This document shows, piece after piece, positions 27,593 through 35,980 of a DNA stretch of 64,000 nucleotides (position 1 is its first letter; each line of letters opens with the position of its first letter). The notes beneath the pieces were generated by a model. It had not been told where the DNA came from and ran no database searches. It was given only the letters and a program-made list of their open reading frames with translations. The position numbers were made by a program, and so were the translations under genes. Source of the DNA: an uncultured Chloroflexia bacterium (GTDB taxonomy: Bacteria; Chloroflexota; Limnocylindria; Limnocylindrales; CSP1-4); the NCBI GenBank assembly GCA_963825545.1, contig CAWGTR010000013.1:31660-95659 (forward strand), read 5' to 3'.

Positions 27593-28138
27593 ATGCCAAG
27601 ACGCGCCATCGTCGCGCTCTCCGCCACCGCCCTCGGCCTGATCCTGCTGTTCAGCTTCAAGACCCCCGACGATGCCGGGCTGACCGCTCTCGGCGGAGCA
27701 CGTGGTCGGTTCGTGACGACGCCCGGCGGAGCGGCCACGCCGTCTCCGGTCGTCCAACCGACGCCCAGCCCGGGCCGGGGAACCACGGGTGGCGGACGGT
27801 CCACGCCGGCGCCGACGCAGGCCCCGGCCGCGACCCCGGCTCCGGCCGGTGGAGGGCTCCGCGACGGGACGGTCCAGGGCCAGCAGGTCGACACCCGCTA
27901 CGGGCCGGTGCAGGTCGCGGTCACCATCCAGGGCGGTCGGATCACCGACGTCCAGGCGCTCCAGCTGCCGTCCGACCACCCGCGGTCTGAGGCGATCAGC
28001 CAGTACGTCGAGCCGATCCTCCGGAGCGAGGCGCTCCAGGCCCAGAGCGCGCAGATCGACCTCGTGTCCGGGGCGACCTACACGAGCGACGCCTACTCCC
28101 GGTCGCTCCAGTCGGCGCTCGACCAGGCCGGTGGCTGA
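27593..28138 (+). CDS. membrane-anchored FMN-binding domain protein
   Basis: ATG at 27593. N-terminal TM, Pro/Thr/Gly linker, C-terminal FMN_bind-like domain ending ..DLVSGATYTSDAY (the flavinylation-type S/T motif). Confidence 0.8.
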   Translation: MPRRAIVALSATALGLILLFSFKTPDDAGLTALGGARGRFVTTPGGAATPSPVVQPTPSPGRGTTGGGRSTPAPTQAPAATPAPAGGGLRDGTVQGQQVDTRYGPVQVAVTIQGGRITDVQALQLPSDHPRSEAISQYVEPILRSEALQAQSAQIDLVSGATYTSDAYSRSLQSALDQAGG

Positions 28139-28201
28139 GGTGATCGGCATGGGGTCGCAGCCGGCGGCTGCCGACTCGATCCCGGCGTTCACGCCGGACC
28201 G

Positions 28202-28969
28202 GTGGGTCCGGTCGGATCGGGCCTGCGGCGGGTCGAGCAGATCATGGGCACGGCGATCGGGATCGACGTGCGCTCCGCCGGGGTCGCGCCGGCCGTCGTC
28301 GAGGCCGCCTACGCGCTCCTCCGCGACGTCGACGCGCGGTTCAGCACCTACCGGCCGGACAGCGAGGTCAGCCGGCTGATCCGGGGCGAGCTGGCCGACG
28401 ACGAGCTCGCGCCCGACCTCCGGGCGATCCTCGGGTTGTGCGAGGACCTGCGCCGGACGAGCTTCGGCTACTTCGACATCCGGCGTCACCGGCCCGACGG
28501 ACGACCCGACCCGACCGGCCTGGTCAAGGGCTGGGCGATCGAGGAAGCCTCGCTGCTCCTCGACGCCGCCGGCGCGACCGACTACGCGATCAATGCCGGG
28601 GGCGACATCCTCGCCCGTGGCGCGCCCGAGCCCGGCCGGGCCTGGCGGGTGGGCATCCGCCATCCCGAGCGCGCCGACCGGATCGCGTCGGTGCTCGAGG
28701 TGCGCGACCTCGCCGTCGCGACGTCGGGCGGCTACGAGCGCGGCGAGCACATCGTCGATCCGCACACCGGCCGGCCGCCGCGCGACCTGCTGAGCCTGAC
28801 CGTCGTCGGCCCGAGCCTGACCTACGCCGACGCCTACGCGACGGCGGCGTTCGCGATGGGCCTCGACGGACCGGCCTGGGTCCACGATCACCCCGGCTAC
28901 GGCGCGTTTGCGATCACCGCGGCGCATCGCTCGGTCTGGACGCCGAGGGTGGACGCGCTCCTCGCCTGA
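28202..28969 (+). CDS. apbE: FAD:protein FMN transferase (ApbE family)
   Basis: MGTAIGIDV, SEVSRL, KGWAIE, INAGGD, VATSGGYERG, HIVDPHTG, and ADAYATAAF near the C-terminus. GTG start at 28202 is uncertain. Confidence 0.85.
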   Translation: MGPVGSGLRRVEQIMGTAIGIDVRSAGVAPAVVEAAYALLRDVDARFSTYRPDSEVSRLIRGELADDELAPDLRAILGLCEDLRRTSFGYFDIRRHRPDGRPDPTGLVKGWAIEEASLLLDAAGATDYAINAGGDILARGAPEPGRAWRVGIRHPERADRIASVLEVRDLAVATSGGYERGEHIVDPHTGRPPRDLLSLTVVGPSLTYADAYATAAFAMGLDGPAWVHDHPGYGAFAITAAHRSVWTPRVDALLA

Positions 28970-28996
28970 CGGGCGGCGCGACGCCGCGCGCCGGTT

Positions 28997-30410
28997 TCAG
29001 GCGTCGGGCAGGACCTTGCCCGGGTTGAGGATCCCGAGCGGGTCGAGCGCCGTCTTGATCGCGCGCATCATCGCGACCGCCCCGTCGCCCCGTTGGAGGG
29101 CCAGGTAGTCACGCCGGGAGAGCCCGATGCCGTGCTCGGCGGTCACGGTGCCACCGAGGTCGATGGCCGCCCGGTACAGCGCGTCCGTCGCTCGTCCCAG
29201 CCGCGCCTCCCCGTCCGGGTCGTCCCGGTCGAGGATGATGTTCGGGTGGAGGTTCCCGTCGCCGACGTGGCCGAACGTCGCGATCAGGAGGCCCTGCTCG
29301 TCGGCGATCCGCTCGATCGCGGCGAGGAGCTCGGGCACCCGGCCGCGCGGGACGCCGACGTCCTCCATGCGCGCCACGCCGAGCTTCTCCATCGCGTGGA
29401 ACGCCATCCGCCGGCCCTGGCGCAGCCAGTCGGCCTCCTGCTCGTCGGCGGCGATCAGGGTCGCCGAGGCGCCGGCCCCGTCGCACGCCGCCGCGGCCGT
29501 TCCAAGCGCCGCGGCCGCCGCACCGCCGGGCAGGTCCGACTCGATCAGCAGCATCGCGGCCGCGTCGCGGTCGAGCCCGAGCCGATGGACGTCGTCGACG
29601 GCGCGGATCGTCCGGCCGTCCATCAGCTCGAGGGTGCACGGCTCGACGCCGGCGTCCGAGATGGCCGACACCGCGCGACCGGCGGCATCGAGGCTCGGGA
29701 AGAAGGCGATCAGGGTCGCCTTCGGCGGCGGGGCTCGGACGGACGCGCAGGGTTGCCTCGGTCACGATCGCGAGGGTTCCCTGGCTGCCGACGATGAGCG
29801 GGATGAGTCCGTATCCGGCGACGTCCTTCGTCGTCCGCCCGCCGAGCCGGACCACGCTGCCGGCCGCCGTCACGACCTCGAGTCCGACGACCGAGTCGCG
29901 GGTCACGCCGTACTTGATGCAGCACAGCCCGCCGGCGTTGGTCCCGAGGTTGCCGCCGATCGTGCAGGTCTCGTAGCTGGCCGGGTCGGGGGCGTAGAAC
30001 AGGCCCTCGGCGGCCACGGCGGCCTTGAGCTCGGCGTTGACGATCCCCGGCTGGGTGACGACGACCAGGTTCCGGCGGTCGATCTCGAGGATCCGGTTCA
30101 TCCGCCCGAAGGCGATCGTCAAGCCGCCGGCCACGCCCGCGGCTCCCCCGCTCAGGCCGGTTCCGGCTCCTCGGGGCACGACCGGCACGCGATGGCCGGC
30201 CGCCAGCCGGACGAGCTCCGCCACCTCGGTCGTCGTCGTCGGCAGGGCGACTGCGATCGGCAGTGGCGGCTCGAGATAGGCGGTCTCGTCGCGGCGGTAC
30301 GACTCCCGGTCGATCTCGTCGGTCAGGAGCCGGAGCCCGGGCAGGGCCGACCGGACCTCGGCCAGGAAGGCGGCCGAGGCGGCGGCGGTGGACGGCGCCG
30401 GGGCAGACAC
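28997..30410 (-). pseudogene. FAD-linked oxidase (GlcD/D-lactate dehydrogenase-like), frame broken near 29720-29735
   Basis: The N-terminal FAD-binding domain (PVVPRGAGTGLSGGA, ...GSQGTLAIVTEATLRVRPSP) is in the frame of ORF 29109-30500. KATLIAFFPSLDAAGRAVSAISD... to GHVGDGNLHPN and TAEHGIG is in the frame of ORF 28997-29671. GTG start at 30410 is tentative. Confidence 0.85.
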
Positions 30411-30468
30411 GTCGGTCAGGATACTGGCACCATCAGCCCGACGAGACCCGTCCACTAAGGGAGATCCG

Positions 30469-31236
30469 ATGGACGAGCGAACCCTGCGGTCGTTGCGCAC
30501 CGCGGCGATGGGCCTGATCGCCTACGGCGTCGTCGGGATCGTCCTCGCGGTCGTCCTGCTGGGAGCGGTCGTGGCGATCAGCAACCGGCTCGACGCGGTG
30601 GCCGGCCGGCTCACCGGCCGGCTCGACACGATCTCGCAGACCCTCGACAAGACCGCCGCCGTCCTCGACGACGCGGCGGCGACCTCGACGAGCTTCTCGA
30701 CGACCGTGTCGCAGGCCGCCCCGACGCTCCAGCAGGTCGACACGTCGCTCGGCGAGGTGGTGACCACCCTGCACGATCTCCAAGCGACGAGCGCCACGCT
30801 GACCATCCTCGGCCAGACGCCACTCGCCTCGCTGTCGGACCGCTTCGGCCGGATCGCCGACCAGCTGGCGGTCCTGCAGGGCGAGGTGAGCACGCTCGGC
30901 GCGAACCTGTCGGCCAACACGACGAACCTGGCCGCGCTCGGGACCAGCCTGTCCGCCCTGGCCGGGCAGCTGCGCCAGGTCAACGACGTCCTCGGGTCGG
31001 GCGAGATCGAGTCGAGCCTCGCGGACCTGATCGGGATCGTCCGGCTCGCTCTTGCCCTGCTCGCGGTCTGGTTCGCGGTCCCGGCGATCGGGGCGCTCGG
31101 ATTCGGCGTGTGGCTCAGGCGCGAGCTTGCGAGCCGGAGCGACGATCGGCGCCGGCGGAGCGCCGGCCGCAGCCTGATGGTCAGAGCGTCGGGTGCGCGG
31201 CGCGCCGGCCGCGGAGCAGCGACAGCCCGCCGCTGA
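30469..31236 (+). CDS. membrane protein with long helical extracytoplasmic region
   Basis: ATG at 30469 with an AAGGGAG SD. N-terminal TM, Leu/Thr/Ala-rich heptad-like region, C-terminal TM pair. No recognisable family. Confidence 0.55.
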   Translation: MDERTLRSLRTAAMGLIAYGVVGIVLAVVLLGAVVAISNRLDAVAGRLTGRLDTISQTLDKTAAVLDDAAATSTSFSTTVSQAAPTLQQVDTSLGEVVTTLHDLQATSATLTILGQTPLASLSDRFGRIADQLAVLQGEVSTLGANLSANTTNLAALGTSLSALAGQLRQVNDVLGSGEIESSLADLIGIVRLALALLAVWFAVPAIGALGFGVWLRRELASRSDDRRRRSAGRSLMVRASGARRAGRGAATARR

Positions 31237-31837
31237 CTTCGGTGGCGACGCCGATGATCTTGCGTCGTTGGATGAGCGCGAACGGGAAGCGGCCGGCCAG
31301 CCGCCGGTCGGCCAGCCAGCGGACCCGGACGTTCGTCATCGGCATGAACTCGGGATCGTTCGAGTCGACGAACGCCGTCAGCGACGCCTCCTCGTGCATG
31401 TAGGCGTAGCCGTAGATGATGTGGGCGCCCGTGGTGACCACCAGCCGGCGGCGCTGCTTCGGGATCATCCGCTCCTCGGAGTGCGGATCGGCGTCGAAGC
31501 TCTGGCCGACGATCGCGATGTCGTCGAGCCGGACCCGGAAGTCGGGGAACGTGATCCGGGTCGGGTCACCCAGCCGCGACAGCAGGACCACGTCGTGGAT
31601 CGTGAAGAACCCGTCGAGGACGTTCACGTAGTCGGACAGGCGGATGAAGTGCCCGAGGTCGACGGATCCCTCGGCCCGGAGGTGCGTCCCGATGAGCTCC
31701 ACCCGAGCCGTGGCGGCTGGCACGTCGGCCGGCTCGTCCAGTTGCTCGATGGGGATCCCGAAGGGGTGATCGAGCTTGGTCAGCCCGTCGAGTTCGTCGA
31801 GCGGCGAGGCGATCCGGTCGAGCGTCTTCCAGATCAT
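31181..31837 (-). CDS. hypothetical protein (distant paralog of the 53131-53751 product)
   Basis: Good GC3 over 218 codons from MIWKTLDRI. No recognisable motif. Start alternative at 31873. Confidence 0.55.
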   Translation of the reverse strand: MIWKTLDRIASPLDELDGLTKLDHPFGIPIEQLDEPADVPAATARVELIGTHLRAEGSVDLGHFIRLSDYVNVLDGFFTIHDVVLLSRLGDPTRITFPDFRVRLDDIAIVGQSFDADPHSEERMIPKQRRRLVVTTGAHIIYGYAYMHEEASLTAFVDSNDPEFMPMTNVRVRWLADRRLAGRFPFALIQRRKIIGVATEVSGGLSLLRGRRAAHPTL

Positions 31838-31931
31838 GCCTCGATGGTGGGCCGCCGAGGCAGCGGGCGCCATCGCCCAGTCGTACCGGCCCCGGCGGGA
31901 CCGGGCGACCGGCGCCGCTCAGCCGGCGAGC

Positions 31932-32966
31932 TCAGCCGTCGAGCTCGGCCGGGACCAGGTCGAGCTCGACCGAGCGCCCTTCGCGCGCGATGCGAACCCG
32001 GACCGGCCGGCCGACGAGCCGGTCGTCGAGCAGGCGCTGGAGGTCCGCGACGCCCTCGATCGGACGACCGTCCAGCTCGACGATGAGATCGCCCGTGTGC
32101 AGCCCGCCGGCCGCGGCCGGACTGCCGTCGAGCAGCTGGACGACCTCGAGGGCGCGGGCCCGGCCGAGCTCGTTGGCCAGGGCCGGAGGCAACGGCCGGG
32201 TTCCGCCGACGACCCCGAGGAACGCTCGGCGCACCCGCCCGTCGTGGACGAGCGAGGCGAGGATCCGCTCGGTCGTCGGGTCGATCGGGACGGCCAGTCC
32301 GAGCCCGATCCCGGCGATCGCCGTGTTGATCCCGACGACCCGGCCGGCCGAGTCGGCGAGCGCCCCGCCGGAGTTGCCCGGGTTGAGCGCGGCGTCCGTC
32401 TGGATGACGTTCTCGACCAGCCGGCTCGCCCGTCCGTCGCGCGAGGCCATCGACCGCCCGAGCGCGGACACGACCCCGGCGGTCACGGTGCCCGAGAAGC
32501 CGAGCGGGTTGCCGATCGCGATCACAAGCTGTCCGACCCGGAGGCGCGACGCGTCGCCGAACGGTGCCGCGATCGTCGCCCCGTCCACCCGCACGACGGC
32601 GAGGTCCGAGAGCGGGTCCCGGCCGACGACCCGGAACGCGCGCTCGGCGCCGTCGACGAACGTGGCGCTGCCCGTGTCGGCGCCGGCCACGACGTGGGCG
32701 GACGTGACAAGGTAGCCGTCGGGCGTGAACGCGACCGCGGAGCCGGAACCCGTTCCCTGCCAGCCGGCCCCCGACCGGCCGACGCGGAGGCTCGCGACCG
32801 ACGGGATGAGCCGCTCGGCGACGGAGCTGACCGCCCGGGAGTAGGCATCGAGGACCTCGCTCTCGAGCACCCGCGCCGCGATCTCGTCGTCGCCGGGCGG
32901 CGAGGCGTCGGCCCGGCCCGCTGGGGCGTCGGCGGCGTCAGGTCGGCTGGCCTGGTCGGTGACCAT
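31932..32966 (-). CDS. S1C (HtrA/DegP-like) serine protease with PDZ domain
   Basis: Catalytic His (VTSAHVV), Asp (DLAVVRV), Ser (GNSGGAL). C-terminal PDZ (GDLIVELDGRPI). Confidence 0.85.
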   Translation of the reverse strand: MVTDQASRPDAADAPAGRADASPPGDDEIAARVLESEVLDAYSRAVSSVAERLIPSVASLRVGRSGAGWQGTGSGSAVAFTPDGYLVTSAHVVAGADTGSATFVDGAERAFRVVGRDPLSDLAVVRVDGATIAAPFGDASRLRVGQLVIAIGNPLGFSGTVTAGVVSALGRSMASRDGRASRLVENVIQTDAALNPGNSGGALADSAGRVVGINTAIAGIGLGLAVPIDPTTERILASLVHDGRVRRAFLGVVGGTRPLPPALANELGRARALEVVQLLDGSPAAAGGLHTGDLIVELDGRPIEGVADLQRLLDDRLVGRPVRVRIAREGRSVELDLVPAELDG

Positions 32967-32976
32967 CGGTCGAACC

Positions 32977-33873
32977 CTATGCCTCGCCGGTCGCGGCGGC
33001 GCCGCCGACCGTCACCGTGCGCTCCTCGGTGCCGCGCACGATCCGGACCTCGTACGGCGGCGTGGCTGCCGCGATCGCCTCGAGCAGCTCGTCGGGGTCG
33101 GTCACCGCCTTGCCCGCCACGCCGACGATCAGATCGCCCTGGGCGATCCCGGCCCGGGCGGCCGGGCTGTCGTCCTCGACGTCGCGCACCAGGAGACCGT
33201 CCCGCTCGGGCAGGCCGACGGAGCGGCGCAGCCGCCGCGCGACGTGCGCCGGCGCGATCGCCACCCCGAGTCGCGGGCGCTCGACCCGCTCGCCGCTGCC
33301 GAGCGCCTCGACGCGCGACTTGAGCGCAGCGTCCGCCGGCAGGGCCAGGTAGAAGCCCTCGCCGAGGCGGTTCGTGTTCAGGCCGAGGAACCGGCCTTCG
33401 GCGTCGACGATCGGACCGCCGGACGAGCCGGGGGCGAGCGGCGCCGTGTGCTCGACGCTGCCGCCGATGCGCCGGCCGCCGGGCCCGCGGAACGCGCGGG
33501 CGACCGCCGACACCGTCCCGAAGGTGACCCGCGTGCCGCCCGTCGGCGAGGCCGCGGCGCCGAAGATGGCGGCGCCGGTCGCCAGCTCGTCACCGGCGCC
33601 CCAGGCGAGCGGCGTGGCGCCGGTGGTGTCGACCTCGATCACGGCGAGATCGCCGTCGACGTCGATCCCGGCCAGCCGGCCGGCCGCCGAACGTCCATCG
33701 GCGAACGTCACGGTGACCTGCTCGCCCCGCACGTTGTGGGCGTTGGTCACGACCCGGCCGTCGGCGACGACGACGCCCGACCCGCGCTGGTGACGGCCGA
33801 TCCCGACGACCGCCGGTCCGACCTTGGTGGCGACGCCCTGGATGGCGGCCTGGAGTTCCTCGATCGCGCTCAT
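32977..33873 (-). CDS. S1C (HtrA/DegP-like) serine protease with PDZ domain, second copy
   Basis: His (VTNAHNV), Asp (DLAVIEV), Ser (GSSGGPI). PDZ (GDLIVGVAGKAV). ATG 33873 preferred over 33921. Confidence 0.85.
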   Translation of the reverse strand: MSAIEELQAAIQGVATKVGPAVVGIGRHQRGSGVVVADGRVVTNAHNVRGEQVTVTFADGRSAAGRLAGIDVDGDLAVIEVDTTGATPLAWGAGDELATGAAIFGAAASPTGGTRVTFGTVSAVARAFRGPGGRRIGGSVEHTAPLAPGSSGGPIVDAEGRFLGLNTNRLGEGFYLALPADAALKSRVEALGSGERVERPRLGVAIAPAHVARRLRRSVGLPERDGLLVRDVEDDSPAARAGIAQGDLIVGVAGKAVTDPDELLEAIAAATPPYEVRIVRGTEERTVTVGGAAATGEA

Positions 33874-33934
33874 GTGGTTGCTCACTCCGGACTCGATGCT
33901 GGATGCCGGTGCGGCTGGCATCGGCGTATAGACT

Positions 33935-33952
33935 AGTGACTTGCAAGTTACT
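33935..33952. promoter_or_regulatory. 18-bp imperfect inverted repeat AGTGACTTGCAAGTTACT, candidate operator
   Basis: The central ACTTGCAAGT is a perfect palindrome and the outer arms have one mismatch pair. It lies in the A/T-richest patch of the divergent protease/HxlR intergenic region, next to TAGACT/TAGTCT boxes at 33929-33935. Confidence 0.4.
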
Positions 33953-33999
33953 ACTCACATCGCAGGTTGACAAGTCCTCGTGCGCCGCATCCCCTGGCC

Positions 34000-34005
34000 T
34001 ACCAT
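34000..34005 (+). promoter_or_regulatory. candidate -10 box TACCAT, 7 nt upstream of ATG 34013
   Basis: TAnnnT fit. Same geometry as at 9463. Confidence 0.35.
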
Positions 34006-34012
34006 GGCCCCC

Positions 34013-34453
34013 ATGGCCGAACCCTCCGAGCTCGAGCCCGGAACGTCGCTCGCGATCGCGCTGGATCGCGTCGGCGATCGCTGGAGCCTGCTCCTCGTCG
34101 AGGTCCTCCTCGAGGGGTCGCGCCGGTTCAACGAGCTGAGCGAGGCGCTGCCCGGCATCGCCGCGAACATCCTGTCCGACCGGCTCCGGCGGCTCGAACG
34201 GGAGGGGATCGTCCGGGCCGCGCCGTACAGCCGGCGGCCACCGCGCATGGAGTACTCGCTCACCGCCGAGGGCCGCGACCTGGCGAGCGCGCTGCGGCTG
34301 CTCGCCGACTGGGGCGCCCGGCACGGTCGCGCAGGCGGCCACGAGCCGGTCCGTCACGCAACCTGCGGGACGGCGCTCGAGGCCCGCTGGTACTGCCCGA
34401 CCTGCTCGGTCGTCGTCGACGACCGTGAGGCGGACGCGGTCCGGACGATCTAG
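34013..34453 (+). CDS. HxlR-family transcriptional regulator with C-terminal Cys-rich extension
   Basis: LDRVGDRWSLLLV..L..G.RRFNEL...LPGIA.NILSDRLRRLEREGIV.. is classic HxlR. The C-terminus has CGT...CPTC. Start options are 33980 (GTG), 34004 or 34013 (ATG). Confidence 0.85.
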   Translation: MAEPSELEPGTSLAIALDRVGDRWSLLLVEVLLEGSRRFNELSEALPGIAANILSDRLRRLEREGIVRAAPYSRRPPRMEYSLTAEGRDLASALRLLADWGARHGRAGGHEPVRHATCGTALEARWYCPTCSVVVDDREADAVRTI

Positions 34454-34474
34454 CCGGCGGCGCCAGGGACGTGA

Positions 34475-34563
34475 GCCGTCGACCGCCGTTGGCGCATCGC
34501 AAGGATCGGCGGCGACCCGAGCCCCGAGCCGACGTCGCCCTGGCCAGCGCCCGCAGGTTGCGG
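34475..34563. repeat. copy 1 of an approximately 90-nt imperfect direct repeat
   Basis: Shares gccgtcgaNcgccgttggcgcatcgc ... ggcgacccNagccccgagccgacgtc ... gcccgcaggNtNcgg with copy 2. Confidence 0.7.
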
Positions 34564-34726
34564 CCTACCAACCCCCGTGGTCGTACGCGCGGATCCGGCC
34601 GGTTTCGCCGATCAGCCGGCCTGGACCACGCTCGGTGCGGCCCGGTCGGGGCCTGCTTCCGATCGGGGGAGACGCTTACCACCACCCCGATTGGTAGATG
34701 GCGAGAAAGGCCGTCGACTCGGGTCG

Positions 34727-34824
34727 GCCGTCGAGCGCCGTTGGCGCATCGCCCCCGGTCAGACGGCGACCCCAGCCCCGAGCCGACGTCATGAAACCGC
34801 AAGACGGCCGCCCGCAGGCTTCGG
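34727..34824. repeat. copy 2 of an approximately 90-nt imperfect direct repeat
   Basis: See copy 1. It lies about 55 nt upstream of the dioxygenase-like gene start. Confidence 0.7.
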
Positions 34825-34879
34825 ACGTCGCGTCGATGGCGCGGCGACGATCGAGACGCAGCCCGACGGAGACGGTTCG

Positions 34880-35755
34880 ATGATCACCCACCGGGACCCA
34901 GGGACGCCGGCCGCCGACGACGTGCTCGACGAGCTCGACGAGCTCGACGAGCACGACCGTGGCCTCGTCTACGACCTGGCGACGCTCGATCGGCGCCAGC
35001 TCCTCAAGCTGCTCGGCTTCGGCGGCGTGAGCGCCAGCCTGTTCGTCATCGCCGGGTGCACGCCGGGAGCGGCGGCGTCGGCGGCGGCGACTCCGGGCGC
35101 GTCGGGGACCGCGGTCGGAGCGAGCTGCGCGGTGATCCCCGAGGAGACCGCGGGGCCCTTCCCCGGCGATGGGACCAACGGGCCGAACGTGCTCAACCAG
35201 AGCGGCGTCGTTCGACAGGACATCCGGTCGAGCTTCGGGTCGTCGACGACGGTCGCCGAGGGCATCCCGCTGACGATCAAGCTCGCGATCCAGGACGCGG
35301 CCAGCTGCAAGCCGCTGGCCGGCGCGGCGGTCTACCTGTGGCACTGCGATCGCGACGGCAACTACTCGCTCTACTCGCAGGCGGCGGCGAACGAGAACTA
35401 CCTGCGCGGCGTACAGGCCGCCGACGCGAACGGCCTCGTCACCTTCCAGAGCATCTTCCCGGCCTGCTACTCGGGGCGCTGGCCGCACATCCACTTCGAG
35501 GTCTACCCGAGTCTCGCCATGGCGACCGACGAGGCGAACAAGGTCGCGACCTCGCAGATCGCGCTGCCCAAGGACGCCTGCGACACCGTCTACGCGACCG
35601 ACGGCTACGCCCAGAGCGTGACGAACCTGGGCCAGGTCAGCCTGGCGTCCGACATGGTGTTCGGCGACGACGGCGGCATCCACGAGCTGGGGACCGTGAC
35701 CGGGTCGGTGGCCGATGGCCTTACGGTGACCCTGATCGTGCCGGTCAGCGGCTGA
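34880..35755 (+). CDS. secreted intradiol ring-cleavage dioxygenase-family protein
   Basis: ATG at 34880. Tat-like DRRQLLKLLGFGG. TAGPFP, LWHCD..G.YS and GRWPHIHF motifs, typical of protocatechuate-dioxygenase-like folds. Confidence 0.8.
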   Translation: MITHRDPGTPAADDVLDELDELDEHDRGLVYDLATLDRRQLLKLLGFGGVSASLFVIAGCTPGAAASAAATPGASGTAVGASCAVIPEETAGPFPGDGTNGPNVLNQSGVVRQDIRSSFGSSTTVAEGIPLTIKLAIQDAASCKPLAGAAVYLWHCDRDGNYSLYSQAAANENYLRGVQAADANGLVTFQSIFPACYSGRWPHIHFEVYPSLAMATDEANKVATSQIALPKDACDTVYATDGYAQSVTNLGQVSLASDMVFGDDGGIHELGTVTGSVADGLTVTLIVPVSG

Positions 35756-35980
35756 GCGGGCCCCCGTCGCCCCGTCGCCTGCAGGCGATCGCGGATGGGG
35801 GCACACTTAGAACCGGCCGGGACGTCCGGGAGCGTCCCCCAACCGCGGTCCTTCCGCGGATCCCCCAGCGTCGTCCTCGCGCCATCCACCAGGTTGCCCC
35901 ATGCGATGCGAGGCGATGCCGTCGTTCGCCGTCCCCAGGCGGCGTCCAGGTAGGAAGGAGCACCATGTCGGCGGTAGCCA

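Noticed and set aside
33967-33972. Perfect TTGACA -35 hexamer upstream of hxlR
   Set aside because: The nearest TAnnnT box (34000-34005) is 27 nt away, and no acceptable -10 lies at 16-19 nt. It is probably fortuitous.
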